Shown here piece after piece: positions 8,646 to 18,876 of a stretch of DNA of 32,000 nt. The notes beneath the pieces are model-generated. The model worked only from the letters and a program-made list of their open reading frames with translations, did not search any database and had not been told where the DNA came from. The position numbers and the translations under genes were made by a program. The stretch is from the NCBI RefSeq assembly GCF_000018785.1, contig NC_010163.1:630001-662000 (forward strand). The letters run 5' to 3'. This stretch comes from Acholeplasma laidlawii PG-8A (GTDB lineage Bacteria > Bacillota_I > Bacilli_A > Acholeplasmatales > Acholeplasmataceae). Position 1 is the stretch's first letter. Each line of letters begins with the position of its first letter.

Positions 8646-8978
8646 ATGGAAAAAACAAAAATAAACATTGAATATTTGCGACTTAAGTCGCTTTTTTCAT
8701 CTGTCGATGAAACCAAAACAGAACTAGTTGATAGTTTGATACAACAAGCAGCTTTTATGAAGGTTGAACTTGGAATACTTCAAAATCAAATCAGAATACA
8801 TGGAGCTGTTCAAGTTTCAAGTAAAGGTGCACAGCGTCAAACTGAAGCTGCAAAGTATTACACTAAGTTAGTTAATTCATATGGAACTGTAATAAAAACA
8901 CTCAACTCAATAATGGGTAAAAATATAATCGATGAAGATGATGAATTTGACAAGTTTATAGGTAGAATGTCTGAATGA
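8646..8978 (+). CDS. Phage terminase small subunit (P27-like)
   Basis: 110 aa helical protein immediately upstream of TerL with ATGA overlap; the position and size are typical. Confidence 0.7.
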   Translation: MEKTKINIEYLRLKSLFSSVDETKTELVDSLIQQAAFMKVELGILQNQIRIHGAVQVSSKGAQRQTEAAKYYTKLVNSYGTVIKTLNSIMGKNIIDEDDEFDKFIGRMSE

Positions 8979-10612
8979 ATTACTTAATTAAATATTATGA
9001 CGAGATTCAAAAAGGAAATATCATTGTTGGTAAAGAATTACTAACAGTTCTAGAAACGCTAATTCAAGATATGGATAATCATAGATATACGTTTGATGAA
9101 AAGCCAGGAAATATTCGAATTGAGTTTATCGAAACATTTTGTAAGCATACGAAAAGTCCATTTAATGGTGAACCATTCATTTTAGAACTATGGGAAAAAG
9201 CAATTCTACAAGCTGCTTATGGATTCAAAATTGCTGATACCAATCTCAGGAGGTTTAATGAAGTAATTCTACTTATTGCTAGAAAGAATGGTAAGACTAC
9301 ATTCATTGCAGGTATTGATTTAGCAGAGTTTTTCTTATCTAAGGGTGGTGTTGATATTGTATGTGCTTCAAACACATCGGAGCAGGCTAATATATTGTTT
9401 GATGAAATCAACAACATGAGAGAAGGTTCAAAAGCATTATCAAATGAAAAAAGAAGTAAAAAGAATATTTTTCATATTTATTCACCAAAGTCAAAAAACA
9501 AGATAAAGAAACTATCCGCACAATCACGAAACAAAGATGGTTACAACATTGAAGTTGGTTGTATCGATGAAGTACATGAAATGACTGATTCTAAGGTTTA
9601 TGATGCGATCAAGCAAAGTCAATCGACCAAAGAAGAACCACTTATTTTTATCATTACAACTGAAGGTAATACAGTGGGTGGTTTCTTAGATAGCAAACTT
9701 GATTATGTTAGAAAGATGATCAAAGGGGAGATTAACGATGAACGTGTGCTTCCTTGGTTATACACTCAAGATTCAATTAATGAAATCTATGAAGATAAGA
9801 GCACATGGCAGAAAAGTAATCCAAGTTTAGGTACTGTAAAAACATATTCATATCTTGAAGACTTAATGAATAAATCCAGACATGACTTAGCAACACGAGT
9901 TACGATGCTTTGTAAAGACTTCAACATTAAGCAATTAGAACAAGGATCATGGTTAACTTATAATGATCTAAATAACGAATCAACCTATGATATCAATGAG
10001 TTAAGAAACAGTTATGCTATAGGCGGTGTTGACTTGTCATCAACAACAGACCTTACGGTTGCACTCTTACTTCTAATTAAAAATGGAAAGAAGTATGTTA
10101 TCCCACAGTTCTTTATGCCAAGTGAAGTTATAAAGCGCAGAAAGGAAGAGGATAACGTTCCCTATGACATTTGGGTTCAACGAGGTTTAATCACTGTTAC
10201 AGAAGGTAATCAAAATGACTTCACACTTGTTACACAGTGGTTTCTAATGATGATTAGGACATATGAGATTAGACCTCTATGGGTAGGTTATGATCCGTGG
10301 AATAGTCAGTACTGGACTAAAGAAATGGAAGACTTAGGGTTTGAAATGGAAAAGGTCAGACAAGGAATATACTCTTTATCAGAACCTATGAAACAACTTG
10401 AAGCGGATCTTAAAAATGGTAATGTAATCTATAATAATAATCCAATCATGAAATGGAACTTGTCTAATACTCAAGCAAAGATTGATATCAATGGAAATAT
10501 TCAGCCATCAAAACTTGGAAGCAAGTATAAAAGAATTGATGGAGCTGTAGCACTTATTATTGCTTATGCAGTGCTTAATAGATATAAGTTAGAATATGAA
10601 AATATGTTATAA
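8975..10612 (+). CDS. terL: Terminase large subunit
   Basis: Walker A-like LIARKNGKTTFIAGI, Walker B-like GCIDEVHEM, nuclease-domain motifs GGVDLSSTTDLT and GYDPWNSQY. Confidence 0.95.
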   Translation: MNYLIKYYDEIQKGNIIVGKELLTVLETLIQDMDNHRYTFDEKPGNIRIEFIETFCKHTKSPFNGEPFILELWEKAILQAAYGFKIADTNLRRFNEVILLIARKNGKTTFIAGIDLAEFFLSKGGVDIVCASNTSEQANILFDEINNMREGSKALSNEKRSKKNIFHIYSPKSKNKIKKLSAQSRNKDGYNIEVGCIDEVHEMTDSKVYDAIKQSQSTKEEPLIFIITTEGNTVGGFLDSKLDYVRKMIKGEINDERVLPWLYTQDSINEIYEDKSTWQKSNPSLGTVKTYSYLEDLMNKSRHDLATRVTMLCKDFNIKQLEQGSWLTYNDLNNESTYDINELRNSYAIGGVDLSSTTDLTVALLLLIKNGKKYVIPQFFMPSEVIKRRKEEDNVPYDIWVQRGLITVTEGNQNDFTLVTQWFLMMIRTYEIRPLWVGYDPWNSQYWTKEMEDLGFEMEKVRQGIYSLSEPMKQLEADLKNGNVIYNNNPIMKWNLSNTQAKIDINGNIQPSKLGSKYKRIDGAVALIIAYAVLNRYKLEYENML

Positions 10613-10629
10613 TTTTATAGGGTGATTTA

Positions 10630-11154
10630 ATGAGCAAAGTATTTGATGATGTAGTCAAGTTGAAAGTCTATGAAAAAAACATTAATCAATATGATTCTAT
10701 TATCGATAACTTTTTATCGAGGTATTTTATTTGTGAAACATATGCAAAAGAGTTACAGAAGAATGAACTTTATAGTAATAACAAAGCGGAGTTAATGAAA
10801 CAATTCAAAAAGGAAATAGGACAATTATTGACATCAGAATCTTTAGAAAAAAGATTAGATACATTAGATATGTCAAAGTTCAAAATCTTTAATGAAAGAA
10901 AAAATGACATCAATGTAGGAACATTGAAAAGAATTATTCCAAACGAGAAGTTTAATGAAGATGATTTAAACTTGATATTTTACTCTACAGCAATTAAGAA
11001 TGCAAATAATGATAATATTAAGACTGCTAGAGTATTAAGAAATGAAATTGTACATAGCCTTAGTGAATCAGCGATGAATGAAGTGAAATCTAGGAACACT
11101 GAATTGCTTAAAATCATGACCAGTTTCATTGAATTATTCAGGAGTAATAGTTAA
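10630..11154 (+). CDS. HEPN-like helical protein (candidate moron)
   Basis: All-helical 174 aa with C-terminal TARVLRNEIVHSLSE, an R-x4-H HEPN-type motif; sits between terL and portal. Confidence 0.45.
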   Translation: MSKVFDDVVKLKVYEKNINQYDSIIDNFLSRYFICETYAKELQKNELYSNNKAELMKQFKKEIGQLLTSESLEKRLDTLDMSKFKIFNERKNDINVGTLKRIIPNEKFNEDDLNLIFYSTAIKNANNDNIKTARVLRNEIVHSLSESAMNEVKSRNTELLKIMTSFIELFRSNS

Positions 11155-11169
11155 AAAGAGGTGATATAG

Positions 11170-12384
11170 TTGGGTATTTTTAATAGAAAGAAAAAACAAG
11201 GCTCAGCAGAGTCATTTAAGTTTGTAAATGAAATCAATCTACCACTTACTAATTTTGGTACTAACATCTCAAAATCTGATGTTGTGAAGATTGCGATTGA
11301 TAGGATAGCAAGTCAGTGTGCAAAATTAAAACCACGATACATAAAGAAATCAAACGATAAGACAGTTACAGAGAAATCTGGCAAACTGTCTTTTATTTTA
11401 AAGCACCAACCAAATGAGGTCATGACACCTTATCAGTTTATCTATATGGTGATTACGACATTGTTAATGAACGACAATGCATTTATCTATCCAATGTTTG
11501 ATAGTTCAACTGGTGAAATCAAAGCTCTTTATCCACTAAAACCATCCATCGTTGAACCAATTATTGATTCTTGTGGTAGTTATTACTTGAAGTTTAGTTT
11601 TGATAGTCAAGAATCCTTTACGATTCCATACGAGAACATTATTCACATCAAAAGATTCTATCACACGAATCAGATCTTCGGTGGTTCAAGTTCAAAAGGT
11701 GACCAAGAAGCACTCTTGAAAACAATCCAAATTAATGAGAATGTACTTCAAGGTATTGATAACGCACTTAAGAACTCCATGCAGATTAAAGGACTACTCA
11801 AAATGAGTGCTATGCTAAGTGAAACAGATAAAAAGAAACAACTTGATTCATTTAATGAAATACTTAAAGAGTCCATTAGGAATAAGGGTAGTTCTATTAT
11901 TCCGGTAGATTTGAAAGGTGATTATGTGCCTTTAACAACAGACCCAAAGTTAATCGATAAGGATACCTTAGAGTTCCTACAATCAAAAATCCTAGATTAC
12001 TTTGGTGTATCAGTTCCAATCTTTCATTCCAAATATACAGAAGATGAATTCAACTCATTTTATGAACAAACCATCGAGCCTTTAGCCATTCAAATGTCTG
12101 AGGCTTTTTCTTTAGGCTTGCTTACTCAAAATGAAATCATGCGAGGTGAGGAGATTATCTTTTATAGTGAAAGACTTCAATACGCATCATGGAACACAAA
12201 GGTTACAGCGATTGAAAAACTGATGGGGTTAGGCATCATGTCACTTAATGAATCAAGAGGGTTGTTAGGACTTGAACCAGTAGAAAATGGTGATAGAAGA
12301 TTACAGTCACTCAATTATGTCGATGCTACTAAAGCAAACGAATATCAAGTAGGGAAGGATGATTTTAATGAAGGTAACAATTAA
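11170..12384 (+). CDS. HK97-family portal protein
   Basis: NEINLPLTNFGTNISKSDVVKIAIDRIASQCAKLKP, LLMNDNAFIYPMFD, FGVSVPIFHSKYTEDEFNSFYEQTIEPLAIQMSEAF. Confidence 0.93.
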   Translation: MGIFNRKKKQGSAESFKFVNEINLPLTNFGTNISKSDVVKIAIDRIASQCAKLKPRYIKKSNDKTVTEKSGKLSFILKHQPNEVMTPYQFIYMVITTLLMNDNAFIYPMFDSSTGEIKALYPLKPSIVEPIIDSCGSYYLKFSFDSQESFTIPYENIIHIKRFYHTNQIFGGSSSKGDQEALLKTIQINENVLQGIDNALKNSMQIKGLLKMSAMLSETDKKKQLDSFNEILKESIRNKGSSIIPVDLKGDYVPLTTDPKLIDKDTLEFLQSKILDYFGVSVPIFHSKYTEDEFNSFYEQTIEPLAIQMSEAFSLGLLTQNEIMRGEEIIFYSERLQYASWNTKVTAIEKLMGLGIMSLNESRGLLGLEPVENGDRRLQSLNYVDATKANEYQVGKDDFNEGNN

Positions 12385-12562
12385 TGGTAAGGTTTCAAAA
12401 GATGTATTAAATACAGTCTTAGAAGAACAGAAAGAAAAGATTAATACGATAGAAATATTTTGTAAGACACACAAGATTAATGAGTTTTCATACAAGGACA
12501 ATGAACTTGAATACGAGTATGGAAAGCAACAAGCTAAACCTAAGGAGGTTGAAAAGCGATGA
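12359..12562 (+). CDS. Small phage protein between portal and protease
   Basis: 67 aa, overlaps the portal 3' end and the protease start (ATGA); compact operon. Confidence 0.55.
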   Translation: MILMKVTINGKVSKDVLNTVLEEQKEKINTIEIFCKTHKINEFSYKDNELEYEYGKQQAKPKEVEKR

Positions 12563-13155
12563 AGAAAGAAACCAGAATAGCGGAAGTCAAGTTAGAAGAA
12601 ACTGATGACAAGATGATCTTAGAAGGTTATGCGATCGTTTATGATGAACCGACTTTGATTGGTGACGAATCATATGGATTCATTGAAAGCATTAGCAGAA
12701 GTGCAATCACTGATGCTGCAATTAAAGATGTACCAATGAAGTATAACCACATGGATTCATTCTTAATCATTGCACGAACTAAAAATGGCTCACTTACTTT
12801 AACAAGTGATGATGTTGGATTAAAGGTAAGAGCGGAATTACTCGACACACAAAGTAATCAAGATATTTTTAAGATGGTCAAATCTGGCTTATTGGATAAG
12901 ATGAGCTTTGCATTTGTAGTTAGTGAACAGGAATGGGATCGTAGTGGTAACATTCCAAAAAGAAATATTAGAAAGATTGAACGTTTGTATGATGTTTCAA
13001 TCGTTGACACACCTGCTTATGATAAGACTTCGATTTATGCTCGTTCTTTAGAAGCTATGGACTTAGAGCTAAAGACTATGGATTTAGCAGAGAAAAATAA
13101 GAAGACTGAACTTATAAGAAAAAAACTAAATTTGAAAATAAAAATAGGAGAATAG
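12559..13155 (+). CDS. HK97-family prohead protease
   Basis: EGYAIVYDEPTL...ESISRSAI...VPMKYNHM...LLDKMSFAFVV...LYDVSIVDTPAYDKTSIYAR. Confidence 0.95.
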   Translation: MKKETRIAEVKLEETDDKMILEGYAIVYDEPTLIGDESYGFIESISRSAITDAAIKDVPMKYNHMDSFLIIARTKNGSLTLTSDDVGLKVRAELLDTQSNQDIFKMVKSGLLDKMSFAFVVSEQEWDRSGNIPKRNIRKIERLYDVSIVDTPAYDKTSIYARSLEAMDLELKTMDLAEKNKKTELIRKKLNLKIKIGE

Positions 13156-13159
13156 AAGC

Positions 13160-14287
13160 ATGAATTTAGAAAAACGAAGTAATGAAATTAAAGCACGCAT
13201 CACTGAAATCAAAGGTTTGATTGGTGCTGAAGTAACACTTGAAGTGTTAGAACAACTAGAAGCTGAAGTTGATGAACTGAATAAAGAAAAAGACACGATT
13301 GAAAGAAAACTTGCGATTCAAAACAAGACAAAAATCAATCCAGTCGTTATTGAAAGATCTAATCAAGTGGATAAAGATCAATTAGAAACTCGTGGTAAGA
13401 ATTTAAGAGAAAGCAGAGTCATTCAAGTTTCAAGTGAAGAGATTCTATTACCAGAACACATTGCTGATGGCATTGCACCACATCCATTCGCACAAGTATC
13501 TGCGTTAGTGGATAAGGTAAAGGTTGTCAATCTAAACGGTGGGGAAACCTACAAGAAATCATTTGTCAAAGGTAGTGGCATCGCTGGTTTAACTGGAGAA
13601 GGTGAACCTTATTCAGAAACAGAACCAGAGTATGGTTATCTAACCATTACTAAAGTTAAAGTGACAGCTTACACAGAAATCACAGAAGAGTTAGAAAAAC
13701 TACCTAACTTACCATATCAAGCTGAAGTATTAAAGAACATTAATCTTTCACTTAAAAAGAAGATTAGTGAACAAATCCTAAGAGGACCAGGTACTTCTAA
13801 TACATTCACAGGTATTTTTAGTGATAAAGCAATCGCTCTATCTGACACAACTGATTTAGAAATCACATCGATTACCGATTCTACATTAGATGACATCATC
13901 TTTGCTTATGGTGGTGATGAAGAAGTCGAAGGTGCCGCATACCTAATCCTTAACAAGAATGACCTAAGAGCATTCGCAGGATTACGTACTGCAGAAGGTA
14001 GAAAAGTACACACGATTGACTATATTAACAACACGATTGATGGTATTCCATACATCATCAATTCTCATTGTAAAGCTATTTCGGATACAAATACTTCAGC
14101 TGGAGAATATGGTCTTGCATATGGATCCTTACTCAACTATGAAGTACCTGTTTTCTCACCAGTTGAGATCAGTAAGTCTAATGATTACAAATTCAAAGAT
14201 GGCATCATTTGCTACAAGGCTTCCGTATTCACAGGCGGTAACGTTGTAGGGTATAAAGGTTTCTTAAGAGTTAAAAAGAAAGCCTAA
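13160..14287 (+). CDS. HK97-family major capsid protein
   Basis: N-terminal coiled-coil delta domain; ILRGPGTSNTFTGIFSD and C-terminal YKFKDGIICYKASVFTGGNVVGYKGFLRVKK. Confidence 0.95.
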   Translation: MNLEKRSNEIKARITEIKGLIGAEVTLEVLEQLEAEVDELNKEKDTIERKLAIQNKTKINPVVIERSNQVDKDQLETRGKNLRESRVIQVSSEEILLPEHIADGIAPHPFAQVSALVDKVKVVNLNGGETYKKSFVKGSGIAGLTGEGEPYSETEPEYGYLTITKVKVTAYTEITEELEKLPNLPYQAEVLKNINLSLKKKISEQILRGPGTSNTFTGIFSDKAIALSDTTDLEITSITDSTLDDIIFAYGGDEEVEGAAYLILNKNDLRAFAGLRTAEGRKVHTIDYINNTIDGIPYIINSHCKAISDTNTSAGEYGLAYGSLLNYEVPVFSPVEISKSNDYKFKDGIICYKASVFTGGNVVGYKGFLRVKKKA

Positions 14288-14312
14288 GCATCAATAGAAT
14301 AGAGGTTAGAAT

Positions 14313-14603
14313 ATGGGACTACTTGAAACAGTAAAAAAATCATTGCTGATTCCAATCAGCGAGACCTATGCTGATGATGAATTAAATAATCACATCAGTG
14401 CATGTAAAAACTTACTCGTATCTACCGGGATTACGTCAGTTGTTGTAGAGAACCATCCATTAGCCCATTCGCTAGTGGTTATTTACTGCAAGACCTTCTT
14501 TGGGTTTAAAGCAGATGGTTCAGTTAAAGATCTACCGAAGAGTTTTGACATGCTGTTAAATCAATTAGCATTATCAAGTGGTGAGTATCATGTTTCCGAG
14601 TAG
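14313..14603 (+). CDS. Head-tail connector (HK97 gp6-like)
   Basis: 96 aa helical ORF directly after MCP; typical position. Confidence 0.7.
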   Translation: MGLLETVKKSLLIPISETYADDELNNHISACKNLLVSTGITSVVVENHPLAHSLVVIYCKTFFGFKADGSVKDLPKSFDMLLNQLALSSGEYHVSE

Positions 14604-14928
14604 TCCAAATATTCGACTGACTTTACTGAAGATCAAATTAAGTAAAGATGAGATCGGCAATCAAGGTTATGGTTTCATATCCAAAAAAGAAGTCATTGGT
14701 ATATCTAAGTCAGTAACTTCTAAAGAATACTATGAAAGCAAGAAAAATGAATATAAAGTAGACATGGCACTAAAGATTCAAAGCTTCTTATATGATGGAA
14801 GTAAGTACGCGATCATTGATGATTTGATTTATCAGATTGAGCGAACCTATCTACAAGGACAATTTTTAGAACTCTACTTGATGGAAACAAAAATAAAGGT
14901 AAGTGATATTTATGGCTACGTTGAATGA
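14578..14928 (+). CDS. Head closure/head-tail adaptor-like protein
   Basis: Position and size; beta-rich composition. Confidence 0.6.
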   Translation: MVSIMFPSSPNIRLTLLKIKLSKDEIGNQGYGFISKKEVIGISKSVTSKEYYESKKNEYKVDMALKIQSFLYDGSKYAIIDDLIYQIERTYLQGQFLELYLMETKIKVSDIYGYVE

Positions 14929-15289
14929 CTTTGTCGATGAAATTAATCATGAAATATCAGAATATGCTGAGTCAGTTAAAAAAGAACTTGAACAGAAACT
15001 TGATGAAACTGCAACTTTGATATTAGAGTATGTTATTGCAAACACACCTAGAAGTGGTAGAAAAGGTGCGATGGCTGATGAATTCATAAAGACTGATATC
15101 GGCGAAGGTCACACTAAAACAATCGTTATCCATGCCAAAGAAAAAGGTAGACTCGTTCATTTGATTGAATTTGGATTCCAACATAAGAGTGGAAAGTATG
15201 TCGCAGCAAGACCATTCATGAGACCAGCATTTGATTATTTTACACCTAAAATGATTGAGGATATTAGGAGGATTATAAGTGGGAACTAA
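14903..15289 (+). CDS. HK97 gp10-like tail component
   Basis: ANTPRSGRKGAMADEFI...LVHLIEFGFQHKSGKYVAARPFMRPAFD. Confidence 0.85.
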   Translation: MIFMATLNDFVDEINHEISEYAESVKKELEQKLDETATLILEYVIANTPRSGRKGAMADEFIKTDIGEGHTKTIVIHAKEKGRLVHLIEFGFQHKSGKYVAARPFMRPAFDYFTPKMIEDIRRIISGN

Positions 15290-15632
15290 AGAAAGATTAA
15301 CATACGTTTATGGACTCCTAAATCAAGTGTTACCAGGTCATGTGCATTATGCGCTTTATGTAACTGATAACGCTGAACCACCTTTTATCGTTTACCAAGA
15401 ACTAAGTAAGAATCCAAAGATCTATGCAGATGATTCATACTTGGTAAAACAAGTCACGATTCAAATAACGCTTGTGACCAAAACAAAAGATACAACGATT
15501 GAATCTAGTTTAGAAGAAGTATTACAAAATGCGGGTATTGATTTTAGAATGATTAGCGAATATTCAGTGATTGATACCGGCATTTATCGAGTTTATGAAA
15601 TAAAGATGGAGGAAATTAAAAATGAGCAATAA
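15279..15632 (+). CDS. Tail terminator/completion protein
   Basis: Position between gp10-like and major tail protein; PPFIVYQELSKNPKIYADD pattern. Confidence 0.7.
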   Translation: MGTKERLTYVYGLLNQVLPGHVHYALYVTDNAEPPFIVYQELSKNPKIYADDSYLVKQVTIQITLVTKTKDTTIESSLEEVLQNAGIDFRMISEYSVIDTGIYRVYEIKMEEIKNEQ

Positions 15633-16191
15633 AGTAACATTTGGACTTAAGAACGTTCATTATGCAATTGTAACAGCAACGGAAGATGATACATGGGAAT
15701 TTGGTACACCTAAAAAGTTACACGGAGCACAAGAGCTCAGTGCAGAAGTCATCGCAGGTAAAACGGATGTTTATGCAGATGATAAAATTGTTGCAACGCT
15801 AGCATCAAGTAGTGGATCTAATATCACCTTAAAGTTAACTGAACTTGATGATGATTTCAAAGTAGATATCTTAGGGTTTGCAAGAGATTCTAACGGTAAC
15901 TTAGTAGAGATAGTCAACCATAGAACTAAAACATTCGCACTGGGATATGAGATTCAAGGCGATGTGAAATCAAGACGTATTTGGTATTTCTTGTGTACAG
16001 CTAGTCCTGTAAGTGATGCAACAAAAACAAAAGCTGAATCAATTGAACCGAATGCGGTAAGCATTACGATTACAGCAAGACCGATTGAAGTTGGGAATGT
16101 TTCAGTGATTAGAACGATTGCAAAATTTGGTGACACAAATTATCAACAGTTCTTTGCACAAGTTCCAACACTACCTGTTATAGGTGTTTAG
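15622..16191 (+). CDS. Major tail protein (phi13-like)
   Basis: NKVTFGLKNVHYAIVTATEDDTWEFGTPKKLHGAQELS...TFALGYEIQGDVKSRRIWYFLC. Confidence 0.88.
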   Translation: MSNKVTFGLKNVHYAIVTATEDDTWEFGTPKKLHGAQELSAEVIAGKTDVYADDKIVATLASSSGSNITLKLTELDDDFKVDILGFARDSNGNLVEIVNHRTKTFALGYEIQGDVKSRRIWYFLCTASPVSDATKTKAESIEPNAVSITITARPIEVGNVSVIRTIAKFGDTNYQQFFAQVPTLPVIGV

Positions 16192-16528
16192 TATGGAAAA
16201 AACAATTAATCTAAGAGGTGAGGATCTTAAACTAAGGTCTTCACTTTTTACTATTATCTCTTATCGTAGTGTATTTGGTACTGAGTTATTTAGCGACATT
16301 AAAAAGCTAGAGAACCTTAATAAGAATGAATCAGATGCAGCATTAGTCATTGATATTCTTTTTAGAATTATCTATATTTTGCATAAGCCTTACACAAAAA
16401 AGAGCTACGATGAGTTCTTGATGGATTTTGATTTTAGTGTTTTATCCGATGTGAAGGAGCTTGAGAACATTTCAAATACAATCACCATAATGCTTGGTGG
16501 TAATGAAGGTAAAGAAGACCCAAAGTAG
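16184..16528 (+). CDS. Tail assembly chaperone, short form (gpG-like)
   Basis: Between MTP and tape measure; ends directly after a CCCAAAG heptamer. Confidence 0.85.
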   Translation: MFSMEKTINLRGEDLKLRSSLFTIISYRSVFGTELFSDIKKLENLNKNESDAALVIDILFRIIYILHKPYTKKSYDEFLMDFDFSVLSDVKELENISNTITIMLGGNEGKEDPK

Positions 16529-16722
16529 AAATACAAGATGAGCAAAATACAACTGCTAATATCATTTACAATCTTGCTCATCTTGGCATCTCAATTAAGG
16601 ATACAGAGTACTTCGATATTGATGTATATGCAATGCTAATTGAACTAGAAGTTAAAACACTCTCCAATGAACCACAAACAAAAAGAGCAACACAAAGAGA
16701 CATAGATTTATTCTTATTATAA
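16184..16722 (+). CDS. Tail assembly chaperone, -1 frameshifted long form (gpGT-like)
   Basis: Slippery heptamer C CCA AAG at 16519-16525 immediately before TAG 16526-16528. The -1 frame continues open as VEIQDEQNTTANIIYNLAHLGISIKDTEYFDIDVYAMLIELEVKTLSNEPQTKRATQRDIDLFLL to TAA at 16720-16722. Confidence 0.85.
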
Positions 16723-16728
16723 AGGTAG

Positions 16729-18876
16729 GTGAGTATGATGGCAGAGACTATTAAAGGTATTAACATTAAATTGAGTCTTGATGGTAAGGATCTTGATAAT
16801 GAATTAAAAGAGATAAATAAAGAGCTCAAAGAACAACAAAAAGACCTACGTGCCATTAATACAAACCTGAAGTATGACAGCTCAAATGTTGAACTTTGGC
16901 GCAAGAAACAAAGCCAGTTGAATGAAATGCTCGAGACAACTAAAAAACGCCTAGATACGCAAAATAAAGCATTAGAAAAGGCTAAGCAGGGTCTCAAACT
17001 TGGTACCACATCAGACGCTGAATTTAGAAAAGTTCAACGTAATGTTTCATATAGTGAATCTGAAGTAAAAAGACTTAACAATGAATTAGACAAAACAAAA
17101 TCTAAAATAAAAGATTTAGGTAATGCAAAGTTTGACAATATCGCAAAGGTTGGTAGCACATTAACTAAAAGTTTGACAGTTCCAATTCTAGGAGCAGTTA
17201 CTGCTTTAGGTGCACTTGCTAAAAAAGGTGCTGATACTGCAGATGCATTAAATGACACTGCACAAAAAATCGGAATGTCGATAGAAGCATTACAAGAGTG
17301 GAATCATGTAGCAACTATTGCTGGAACAGAAACAGGGAGCTTAGAGCGTGCCTTTGTTAAGGTTAACTCAATACTTGCGGATATTGCATTAGGTGATGTG
17401 AAAGGTTTTGCTGGGGTGTTTCATGCACTTGGTATTTCAATGGAAGACCTAGAAGGCAAAGATACGAGTGAAGCTTTTGAGATTATGAGAGATGCTTTAT
17501 CAAAAGTTGAGGATCAATCACTCAAGACAGCACTTGCTAATCATTTATTTGGTGATAAGTTAGGTTCTGAGTTACTTCCAATGCTAAATATGGAATCAAA
17601 AGCTATTAATGAATTAAGACAACAAGCAAGAGAACTTGGCATCATTACAAGTGAACAAGCTGAAACAACAGGTGCTTTTAATGACTCGCTTGATAGACTA
17701 AAAGTATCAACAACAGCACTATCAGTAGAACTTGCAGTGGCACTTGTACCTGCCATGCAAAATGTAGTTGAAGCAATCACAAATAAAATCCTACCTGCAG
17801 TGAGTGATATGATTTCATGGTGGACTAACCTAAGTACTGGAACACAACAGCTGATAGGTTTCTTGGTTGGACTTGTGGCTGCAGTAGGACCTGTCTTAAG
17901 TATCATTGGCAAAGTAGTCCCAATCATTAAAACTGTTTCAATAGCCTTAAAAGGTGTAGGTGCAGCTGGAACGATTGCAGGTATTGGTATTAATGCTGCA
18001 ACACTAGGTATTGGTGCTTTGATTGCTATTGTGGTCATAGCATTGATGCGTAGTGAGAAGTTCAAAGAGTTGTTAGAAAAGTTAATGGAGACTTTTATGA
18101 GACTCCTAGAACCTATTATGAAGATTGTTGAAGTTTTAATGGATGCATTAATGCCTATCGTTGATATAGTCATCAATATTTTCATGAAGCTAATTGATAT
18201 ATTAGTGCCTTTAATCGACTTGATTTTAGCACCCATGATTAAGCAACTTGAATTTCTAGGTGATATTTTTGAAATGATCTCACCTCTGATCGAAATTGTA
18301 GGTAATGTTTTACAAGCCATCTTAGTACCAGCATTTAAAGCGTTAGAATTCATATTAAATCCAATACTCAAGATATTAGAAACAATCATTAACTTCTTTA
18401 AACAAATCTTTGATTTTGCAGGTAATGTTGGTGATGTGGTTGGTGGTGCATTAGGTGGTATTGGCGATACGATTGGTAATGTTGTCGGTGGTATTGGTAA
18501 TTTTATAGGTGATGTTGCTGGTAAAGTAGGTAATTTTGTAGGTGGTGTTGCAGATAAAGTAACAGGTATCGCTTCAAATGTTGTAGATACTGTATCAAGT
18601 TTTGCCGGTGGTGCAGTTAAAGGTGTAACCAGTGTTGCAAACAATATCGTTGATGGCGTTTCAAACTTTGCAAATAACACCAAAGAAAAAGTAGGTAGCA
18701 TTTTTGGTAAGGTTGGTGGCTGGTTTAGTGATACATTTAATTTGAAAAAGACTTCTAACACAAATAACCAAACGTCTAATAAGAGTACAACTAATAATGC
18801 AATCACAATCAACACAACATCGTCTACCTTCGATATTGATTCAATAAATAGAGCGTTAGGTGGTAAGTTTATATGA
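16729..18876 (+). CDS. Tail tape measure protein (start may be ATG 16735)
   Basis: Long coiled-coil N-terminus, hydrophobic centre, Gly/Val-rich amphipathic repeats; longest tail-module ORF. Confidence 0.92.
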   Translation: MSMMAETIKGINIKLSLDGKDLDNELKEINKELKEQQKDLRAINTNLKYDSSNVELWRKKQSQLNEMLETTKKRLDTQNKALEKAKQGLKLGTTSDAEFRKVQRNVSYSESEVKRLNNELDKTKSKIKDLGNAKFDNIAKVGSTLTKSLTVPILGAVTALGALAKKGADTADALNDTAQKIGMSIEALQEWNHVATIAGTETGSLERAFVKVNSILADIALGDVKGFAGVFHALGISMEDLEGKDTSEAFEIMRDALSKVEDQSLKTALANHLFGDKLGSELLPMLNMESKAINELRQQARELGIITSEQAETTGAFNDSLDRLKVSTTALSVELAVALVPAMQNVVEAITNKILPAVSDMISWWTNLSTGTQQLIGFLVGLVAAVGPVLSIIGKVVPIIKTVSIALKGVGAAGTIAGIGINAATLGIGALIAIVVIALMRSEKFKELLEKLMETFMRLLEPIMKIVEVLMDALMPIVDIVINIFMKLIDILVPLIDLILAPMIKQLEFLGDIFEMISPLIEIVGNVLQAILVPAFKALEFILNPILKILETIINFFKQIFDFAGNVGDVVGGALGGIGDTIGNVVGGIGNFIGDVAGKVGNFVGGVADKVTGIASNVVDTVSSFAGGAVKGVTSVANNIVDGVSNFANNTKEKVGSIFGKVGGWFSDTFNLKKTSNTNNQTSNKSTTNNAITINTTSSTFDIDSINRALGGKFI

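Noticed and set aside
16578-17009. 143 aa minus-strand ORF over the tail chaperone/TMP junction
   Set aside because: Antisense to the frameshift extension and the TMP start; Ser/Leu/Arg-rich shadow ORF without motifs.
17541-18815. 424 aa minus-strand ORF antisense to the tape measure gene
   Set aside because: Low-complexity product rich in I/P/T/S mirroring the repetitive tape measure coding sequence. The tape measure frame has clear domain structure, so this is a shadow ORF.
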